This document shows positions 54,673 through 64,000 of a DNA stretch of 64,000 bases, piece by piece. Origin of the DNA: Octopus vulgaris (Eukaryota). The translations under genes were made by a program, and so were the position numbers. Every line of letters begins with the position of its first letter. Position 1 is the stretch's first letter. The DNA is taken from contig OX597814.1 in assembly GCA_951406725.2 (NCBI GenBank), positions 65,038,001 through 65,102,000 on the forward strand, read 5' to 3'. The notes under the pieces are model-generated. The model ran no database searches. It worked only from the letters and a program-made list of their open reading frames with translations, and was not told where the DNA came from.

Positions 54673-55699
54673 TTTTACTTATATATAAGCGAATATGTGC
54701 GCGTGTGTGTGTGAAATAGAGGTAAATAGAGGTAAACTGCTTAATGGTTAAAGCGTTTATTTGAAACGACAAGAAAGAAAGTGCAAGAGGAGTGGGCAAA
54801 GAACAAATTACGGAAGTCAAGTCAAACCAAGAAAAATGTACAAGATAGTACTAAGAAAACAAACAACCAGTACTCTTATAATGAAGTGTTTTGCGATATT
54901 TCTTCTGCATCAACTTAAAGATACTCTCGTTGTCCTATGATTGAGCCTTGGAAAATCTTGAACCAATGACACTAATCTCTACTACTTGCCAGATCTAAAA
55001 TACATATTAATTAATTTTTTAGCAGGTCAGGTAGTTATGGATGTATAAGGAAATATTTCTTAGACGTTTCATGCGACAAGAGACAGACATCGGTACATGC
55101 GTTCGCAAACTTCTGAGGTACGTGGAATAATTATCTAAACGTTACATAATATTAATGACTCGAAATCGTACTGAAACCTACAGATTGCCTGAAATTTAGT
55201 GGGTGTTGTTTACATTAAAATTAATTTGCTTCAATGAAAGTAGAAAAGTCTCATTGAAATTACTTCTAGCGCTGTCCAGGCCCGTTATGGTATGGATTTT
55301 AAATACAGAAAAACTAAGTTTCGGTTAAAATGTACTCCCAATGTCCATTACGGTTTTGACGTAAGAGGATAATATCTAAAAGTATTTGTGTTTATATATT
55401 GTATGCTACCGACGTACAGAGCAGAAGAGTTGACGGGAAATTAGACGATCATACTTCTTCTACAACGATAAATTTGAACAAAATGCGAATTGATTCCATG
55501 CCTGCTGTTAAAACGTTATTCTGCAACATTCACCTAAGCGAAACATATGAGAAGTATATAGCAAAAAATGCAAGGGATTGCAAGCACACACACAGATGCA
55601 CACACATTCACACATACACACATGCACTAACACAGAGAGCAATCATCCCTTTCTTTGTCTTTCTCTCTCTCTCTATGTCGCTATACATTCATACATGAA

Positions 55700-55710
55700 T
55701 ACATACACAC

Positions 55711-55774
<64 letters not shown>

Positions 55775-55832
55775 TATAATATATATAATATATATATATC
55801 GTATTATGTATATATATATATATATATATCAA

Positions 55833-55926
<94 letters not shown>

Positions 55927-55998
55927 CCGTATGTATGTATATATTATATATACATATATATATAATATATACATGCGGATATATATATATATATATAT
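55700..55998. repeat. (TA)n-rich microsatellite
   Basis: Direct reading. Confidence 0.95.
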
Positions 55999-56543
55999 CA
56001 ACATAAAGAAAGAAAGAAAAAGAAAAGAAAAAAAGAAGTACATAAAAGTAAAATGTACAAAGCGAACCAAAGAGCATGGAAGATTGCTTTTATTATGTTG
56101 TGAAATTATAAATTAAAAGTAGATGATTAAGTGTAGATGAAGAGTAATTTTTCTAATTGATACTTCGTGTCATTCAGGTATGACTAGCAATTTGTTTAGA
56201 ACTACAAAATTACCATATGTCATCTCAATTACTTCGGATCAGGAACGCACAAAGTGATCGATATGTACATATTGAAACAAATAGTTAAATAACTTAACTT
56301 GAAATGTGCTTAAATTGTCAATTAAAATAGATTTATGTGTTCCAAGTTTGTACATTTAAATAATTGAGTAAGTTAAAACTGGTGGTTTCTTCCACGGAAA
56401 TAATCTTTTGCGTACGTATACAGCACAGGAATGTCCATTTATCATCGGATCACCCGTTACACAAACACTAACACATGTGCCGTTGTCTGTGTGCATGTGT
56501 GTGTTTGTGTATGTATGTGTGCGTGTGTGTGCGTGTGCGCGCG

Positions 56544-56600
<57 letters not shown>

Positions 56601-56800
56601 AGTGTGTATGTATGTATATATGTATATATATAAGCTTTCGGTGCAAGCAAATATGTAGACGCTATAGATATATAACCATATAATTATAAATATATATATA
56701 TATATAGACATATTTACATTCACATACACATACATACATTGAGACATACACAGGAGTATCCATTCATCATTGGGATCAGATGCTCAACAAATATACATGG

Positions 56801-56837
<37 letters not shown>

Positions 56838-57668
56838 TGAATGTGTGTGGGTGTGAGTGTGTGTTTGTCTATATACGTGCGAGTGCATGCCTGCGTGTGT
56901 GCGTTTGTGTGTGTGTGTGTGTGTGAGAGAGAGAATTATAGAAAGAGAATGAGGGAAAGAGGAGAGTATCTTCAAGAGAAAAACATTGAAAGAATTGAAC
57001 GAATTAAATTAGACCTATATATGTATCGAATTACATATATTTATTTTCAGAGATTAATACGATGCACCAACCAATATGTACATTTATACACAATTCTGTC
57101 TACGTGTGCGCGAGTGTACGTTTGTGTATGTATATATCTTGTAAAGATGCTATGAATCACCATTCAACGCGTATGAGCGTGTATAGGCGAATGAATATGT
57201 ACAAGATAAATTTTTTTTTTTACCCTCACCACAATCTCATGTCACATTTACCGAAAGGAGGAGGTGAAAGAAGGAAGTTTAGTATATAGTTCCAATAGGA
57301 AAATGAACAACAGAAATGAATGAATAAATAAATAATAAAACGAAATATTCATAAATGTATAAGTATTGAACCGAAATTGTGAACACATTCACACACATGT
57401 ATCTCTATATGTATACACGTGCATGTATATATATATATATATATATAAGTGTGTGTGCTTATGTGTGTATGTGTGTGTATGTGTGTGTGTGTACATGTTT
57501 GTGTGTGTTCACTCGTGTATGTAGCAACGAAAGAGACCAGCAGGATATTCTGGGAGAAAACGAAAAGTTTTTCATATGAGTTACCTATATTGTCCTTCCT
57601 TTAATTGGACAGTTCCACAGCATATCTTGAATTCCTCAAGAATTGACATATCTGCTAACATTCTATTC

Positions 57669-57755
<87 letters not shown>

Positions 57756-58179
57756 GCGTGTATGTGTGTATCATTATATATATATATATATGTATGCACG
57801 CATCTCGCTATCTTTGCACAGTGTACACATGCATTCACATAAAAACACACACGCATACGTGTATAAATATGTATATACATATACACAGGCATACACAGAC
57901 ATACACACATATATAGAGAGAAACACAGGGATTTTTTTTTTTTTCAGTAAATGAGTATGCAAATGTATATGTATTCTGTGCGTATATAAAGTTTATGTAT
58001 GTCATTATTCAGTTTATTTCAAGATTTCTTGCCAATAGAGAAAGAACCGGTTTCTAACCTCGATCTAAGGCTATTTCAATGGAATTTCAACATCAACAAC
58101 AAGGTACTTTTGTATGTATGTATGTATGTATGTATGTATGTATGTATGTATGTATGTATCTTTGAACGTGCAGACTTGT

Positions 58180-58625
58180 ATGCTTAACGTATGTATTCTC
58201 ACGCATATAGTTGTAAATTTAGACATGCTCATATGTATTCGAATGATAAACGTCTGGGAAGTTTTACAGATTTTTACAGTTCCAGTGATAGATTGCATCT
58301 GTAGTTTTCGAATTAGCTTTCTCCTTTCTGGTTCTGAGAAGTCTAGCTTCTCAAGATTGGTGTGATACATACCCCAGGGCCCTAATAATTACCAGTATAA
58401 ACAAGAACTTGTAATCTAGATAGAGTAACTGCAGATTTCTAAATAGTTCAGCATAGGTGTTCTCTTTTTCACTGATCTTCAGCTTTATGTTAACATCTGC
58501 TGGGCAGCTAAATTCCACAAGTTTGCACAGTTTCTCTTCTCTGTCGCAAATCCTTATATCAGGTCTGTTGGGCTTACATTTTAATAAGGTTTTCACTGGT
58601 ACATTTCACCAGTATTCCTTTTTAC
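58180..58625 (-). mobile_element. RLE-type (R4/Dong-like) LINE 3' end, endonuclease domain
   Basis: KCKPNRPDI..DREEK.C.LVEFSCPAD.N...K..EK...Y; VIIRALG. Confidence 0.85.
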
Positions 58626-58629
58626 TTTG

Positions 58630-59121
58630 AGTGGTTATGGCTTCTACCATATTCTCTTTCTCTCTCTCTCGCTCTTGTATCATGGTATATTCATGCCGTT
58701 GACTAATCATGGCTTGTTCCTTCTCCATTTGTTTCTATCTCTCGCAATATCACCCAGGTCTTTCTCACTCTACACGATCATCTCTTTGTCATCCAGTCGA
58801 ACATCTTCACTCTCTGCCTTCCTCTCGCTCTCCTTCCCACCAGCTCAGTTTCCACCATTTAACGTTCCATTCCGTCATCCTCACTGAAAAAATAACCAAC
58901 AATTCTCCACTGTCTCTCTCTGATAGTATCCATCAACTGTCTCTTCACTTTCATCTTCAACATTTCCACATTCGCCACCCTATTTACCGACAAGATTCTA
59001 AGCATTTTCCTATAAAACCACATTTCTGCAGCTTTGAGTCTCTTCTCCATGACTTTGCCTATCGTCCAAGACTCATATCCATACGTTAGCACCTACCAGA
59101 TGTAGCACTTCAATAGCACTT
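58630..59121 (-). mobile_element. RTE-clade LINE 3' fragment
   Basis: LTYGYESWTIGK..EKRLKAAEMWFYRKMLRI...RVANVE..RQWRIVG. Confidence 0.85.
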
Positions 59122-59122
59122 T

Positions 59123-59132
59123 AATAATAATG

Positions 59133-59201
<69 letters not shown>

Positions 59202-59206
59202 GTAAT
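59123..59206. repeat. (TAA)n microsatellite
   Basis: Direct reading. Confidence 0.98.
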
Positions 59207-59256
59207 AGCATCGAAAAATATCTTAGGAATGAGAACCCAGGTTCAAAATTTTCCCA

Positions 59257-59303
59257 AGAAACTTGATGAAGGCTGGAAGCTATGTCAGCTGAAACGTTGT
59301 GTT
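59257..59303 (+). ncRNA. minimal hammerhead motif (C3U) in a short pLTR-like module
   Basis: gaaac-UUGAUGA-a-GGCUGG-aagcuaug-UCAGCU-GAAAC-GUU-gugu. Confidence 0.6.
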
Positions 59304-59357
59304 AACAACAAACAATTTGAGGAAAAATATCCGTCAAATGTAAATAATGTAAAAATT

Positions 59358-60071
59358 CATCATATTGTCTCCATGTGCAGTCTTCTTTCGCCTACCGAGT
59401 ATCTCAACGGGCATGATAGAGCAGCACAATATTTTAACTGGGTAATTTGCAAAAACCTGGTGGGAACACAAACCACTTCCTGTGCTTGAAAATGATCACA
59501 TCTCACTATCCTGGATCTTCACCATTCAAACTGACAGAAAGAAAGATGTAAATAGGCCAGACATGATATTGAAAGACTTCAGACAAAGAACATGCCTCCT
59601 CATTGATATGACTGTCCCAATCGATATAAACGTATCTATCAAGACCCACCAAAAACTGAGCAAGTATAAAGATCTTGAAATAGAAATCAGCAAAATGTGG
59701 AACCTGGAGACTAAAAGAATACCTGTTGTCATAGGTGCCCTAGGAATGATAGCAAAAGGAGCTGATTGCTACCTTGCTCAGATACCAGGAACCCCTAAAA
59801 TGGCAGAAATTCAAAAGATAGTGCACATAGGAACTGCCCATACCCTACGTAAAATACTGTTTATGTAATCTCAAATTTTAAAACAAACACATAATTTTCT
59901 TATGGTTTCTTAAACATTCTCTAGAACAATGCTATGTACAAAACCAAATATATAACACTGTAGGCATAACACCAGCATGAACTTCTAATTTGTTGTCTCA
60001 TGAGGTCTCTGGGTGAAACCTGGAGCCAACTTGTACAAATACAAAACAAAAGTCAAACGTATAATAATAAT
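59358..60071 (+). mobile_element. R4/Dong-type LINE 3' end (zinc knuckle + RLE endonuclease + 3' UTR)
   Basis: HIVSMC..L...EY..HD, NRPDMIL.D....C.LIDMTVP.D.N...K..KLSKYKDL, PVVIGALG; ends in (TAA)n. Confidence 0.9.
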
Positions 60072-60278
60072 AGTTTCAAATTTTTCCACAAGGGCAGCAA
60101 TGTTGGGGGAGGGGATGAGTCGAATACATCGACCCCAGTTCTCAATTGGTACCTATTAAATGCACCACGAAAGGATGAAAAGTAAAGTTAACCTCAGCGT
60201 AATTTGAAAGTGAAGACTGACGAGATGCCGGAAAGCATTTTGCCTGGCGTGCTAACGATTGCACCAGGGAGCCGCAGT
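60072..60278 (-). mobile_element. SINE family A
   Basis: Reverse complement of the family A copies. Confidence 0.8.
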
Positions 60279-61173
60279 TTTAAAATAATAATTACAATAT
60301 TGACCTGCTATCTTTTCTTTCACCCAACTTTTATTCGATGTATCTGTTCGTAGAGAATATTTCTTCATTTAATATTATTGAAAAAAATTTATAGTACATA
60401 AAACACACACATACACACATATATACATAGCTACACATACGTACACTCTCACACACATACAGTCACACACAAATATATACTCTGCATATACACGTGTGTG
60501 TGATGTGCGCGCGTGTGTGTGTATAGATATATATGAACGTACGCATACAAGTATCTATATATACATATACGCACATACACAATTCTACGAATATTCATAC
60601 ACACATGAAAACAAAGATAGACGAAGAGATGCCTGTAAAGAAATCCAGACGGTAAAATTCCACTTCGTCGAGCACAGTCAATTTTGGCGTCAGTCTGAAG
60701 GAAATCTACATCTTGATCGATGAATTCATTTTCGACATGATCTCGCTTAAACAGCGATCTGAGTGCGATAGAAGATTATAAAGCCGATACCCTAGGTGGC
60801 ATGATAATTTGCATACGTACTTGTCTTCTTCAATATACACGCGTGTTCGCGTGTGTGTATATGTATGTTTATGTGTCTATGTATATATTCATCCTCATTT
60901 AATGCTAGCTCACTGATAATTTTAAATGAATTCTAATCCACATGCAAGTATTTGCATGGCTGGGTCTGTGGATATAAGGACACGCACCACTAATATATAT
61001 ATATGTAAGTATGTCTGTCAGTCTGTATACATTCATACATACATACACTTATATGCATGTATGTAAATATATAAATATGTAGATGTATACAAATCTTGAG
61101 ATTTATTCATAAATTTTATGATTAATTTCGTGACAATATACACACTTTGACAAATGCGCCCTACATATAACTG

Positions 61174-61264
<91 letters not shown>

Positions 61265-61267
<3 letters not shown>

Positions 61268-61505
61268 GCTTTGTGGTATGGGTGTTGCACTCAGGATCGT
61301 GAGATTGTGGTTTCAATTCTTAGCCCGGATGGTGCGTTGTGTTCTTGAGCAAATCACTTCATTTCACGTAGCTCTGTAATCACTTCGACACCTGATGTGA
61401 GATACTCCGTGCACCTGTGCAGGCAACGTTGATTTCTTGCAGTGAGTAAGCTAATGCACAATACGAACATTTGATCACTAGAAACAAATCGTTTGTCAGG
61501 TCGTT
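61265..61505 (+). mobile_element. tRNA-derived SINE with CORE-like domain (family C-like)
   Basis: gtggtttcaattc B-box; gttgtgttcttgagcaaatcacttcatttcac. Confidence 0.7.
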
Positions 61506-62345
61506 CTGCAGAATCTGAACACACGGACGTCGTCTTCGACAGGAGAGTCCAAATTTGACATGAGTGATTCTTTATTGTCTTGGGATTCCCGGCCAAACGG
61601 TTGGGTGGAATAGCACGAAAAATTACACAGATGTGTAGAATGATCTGGTGGGGATGCTGGACTTTGTATTATTTTCATAGCTCCCATATTTACCGAGATA
61701 ATCTACTATAATAATAATCTTGTGTTTATGAATGAGAAAGAAAGGGGTGATGGATGAAAAAGGAAGGAAGGGGTGAGCGTTTCAACTCTGTGTGAATATA
61801 TGTGTGTATGTAAAAGGTGGGTATGTGAATGTGTGTGAGTGTGTGTTTGTGTGTGTGCGCGTGTGCACGCACAATGGAACTGGGATGGTTCATCTTTGTT
61901 CGTTTAGTATTTTTTTTTTGATTTGGTTGAATCTTGTTGTTCCCTGCATTTCTTGTTTCATATCAGAGTGATTTGCTTCTAAAGATATACTTTAACGAAA
62001 GCTAAGTGGTGTCACACTGCCTGTGCCCTTCCAGCACACCGGATACCAACCCAGGTTTTGTGAGGGCCCGTGCTATTGCAAGATAATCATTGGATTTACA
62101 CTAAGTTCAGTGTGTATATTACACACACACACACAAATATATATGTATATATAAATTAAGCAGAACAGCAGAAGACAAGCGAGATGGAGATTCGCTGAAG
62201 AGATCATAGGTGTGCGCCGAAAGACTTCCAGACAATGGATATAAAATAGAAACGATAATAAACAAGTTAACAACGAATTTATAGTTCTTGTGTGTATTTT
62301 GGCAAGAAAAAAATGTCCATCCCGGAATATAGCAGTATATATATG

Positions 62346-62389
62346 CACACACACACAAACGAACAAACAAACAAACAAACACACACACA

Positions 62390-62476
<87 letters not shown>
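62346..62476. repeat. (CAAA)n/(CA)n microsatellite
   Basis: Direct reading. Confidence 0.97.
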
Positions 62477-62484
<8 letters not shown>

Positions 62485-63229
62485 GCGATACTTATGAAAA
62501 TTGGTGCCGAATTTTACAATTCTGTAAATAATTATAATAGTATTTTATAAGTTTAAAACGTATAAGCGATTACTGTGTATTGACTAATGAAAATAATATA
62601 TCGTGGGTTTTTCCGTACGTGTCGGAATCCAACCGACACCTCTGTGTTTTCGCGACCACCGTTTTATTATTTATACCAACATACCCACTGGGTTTAAGCT
62701 TATAATGTATATATATATATATACACATACTCACAAATGCGCGCGCATAATTTTATGTATATATTCTTAAATTGCGCATTCCATTTCATTTAATCATGCT
62801 AAATTTTAATACGACTGCATTCAAATTTCGTGAAATTATTAAGAAATTTTAATATTTCCTCATTAGTCCTTTATGGTTCGTCCGGAAAAATAACCTTTCG
62901 AAACTCATTACGCTTATTTTTCGTGACCTTCATAATTTCACTTTCTAATTTAAAAGTTGCAATAGGTATCACTGCCTCTTGCAGTATATCTTAAATCTAT
63001 TTTAACAATGTTACAATAGTTACAATTGTCTAGTTTGTATTGAAAATAATACAAACCTTGGTGGATCTGGAAAGTATGGAAACATTAGCCTAACTTATTT
63101 TGGAAGACTATTTGTAGGGAATGTGGTTGTTCGAAACGAAATATAAGGGACTAATGAGGAAATATATAAAAAGGAAACATACAAAAGATCAAACTTGAAC
63201 ATAAACGTGTTTATAATACGCACACGCAT

Positions 63230-63445
63230 ATATGTATGCATGCATGCATATCTGCCTGTTTATCTGTCTGTCTGTCTGACCGTCTGTCCGTCCGTCCGTC
63301 CGTATGTATGTATGTATTTATGTATGTATGTATGTATGTATGTATGTATGTATGTATGTATGTATGTATGTATGTATGTATGTATGTATGTATGTATGTA
63401 TGTATGTATGTATGTATGCATGCATGTATGTAAATATGTATGTAT
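63230..63445. repeat. (TGTC)n/(TCCG)n/(TATG)n microsatellite
   Basis: Direct reading. Confidence 0.97.
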
Positions 63446-63695
63446 ATCTGTATGCATACTTGTATGTATAAACAACTATACATCTTTATAAATGTACACG
63501 CGGTGGGAAACATACACTAACTGAACCTTACACCATTCAACATGTGCCCTTTATTCGTGTATATGTCTAGGTTTCTTAGCTATCTTTTAACATGTGAAGT
63601 TGTGAGTTAAGGAAAGAATGAATAAAGAATGATGAGATAAGTATCGGCTTAGCTATTGCCCCAGACATGCAGTTCTCTATACTGATGAAGCATGC

Positions 63696-63738
<43 letters not shown>

Positions 63739-63876
63739 ATATGGACTTTTGACCATTTGAGTGTAGTTACGAAAACTAGTGAATTTGAAGTATAAGCTGA
63801 TGCTTCTTTTATAGTTGCACTGCGTTTCATTGCCGTTTATACAAACGATTGAAGTAGATTAAAAATATATAATGCA

Positions 63877-64000
63877 ACTAGCACTATCGTCCGGCGGTGC
63901 TCGGGTTTGTTTCGACCCTTTAGAATTGGAATTTTTGAAAATTAAACATTTTGCATTGTAAATTTGAATGAAATTGGTTGTGTAGTTCTCAAGTTTTAGG
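63877..64000 (-). mobile_element. Helitron-like element 3' end (continues beyond the window)
   Basis: Minus strand cccgagcaccgccggac hairpin followed by ctagt. Confidence 0.6.

Noticed and set aside
60600-61700. Unique-looking short minus-strand frames
   Set aside because: No recognisable motif or good splice-site pair; one overlaps a SINE
62200-62245. CTGAAGA...GAAAGACTTC hammerhead-like motif
   Set aside because: Stems I and II do not pair convincingly; may be a very old pLTR but unsupported

Overview
Eukaryotic, AT-rich, microsatellite-saturated DNA. The SINE families and repeat style look like octopus (coleoid cephalopod); this is an inference from repeat content. I found no intact host protein-coding gene, and nearly all listed ORFs are translations of (CA)n, (TA)n, (CATA)n or (TAT)n repeats. 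The window is a transposon graveyard. It contains a near full-length decayed Penelope-like element (PLE; RT + GIY-YIG, 26.8-30.5 kb) plus further PLE relics; R4/Dong-type (RLE) and RTE LINE fragments; Tc1/mariner, piggyBac and hAT relics; non-autonomous Helitron-type elements; a probable solo LTR; and about 30 copies of three tRNA-related SINE families. The main unexplained signal is a set of minimal type I hammerhead ribozyme (HHR) motifs with non-canonical cores (U3-A8, U4C, A6U, C3U). They sit in PLE terminal repeats and at the centre of MITE-looking fold-back palindromes embedded in (TA)n. This suggests non-autonomous, ribozyme-bearing, microsatellite-targeting PLE derivatives. All structures were paired by eye, and no ribozyme activity can be shown from sequence alone.
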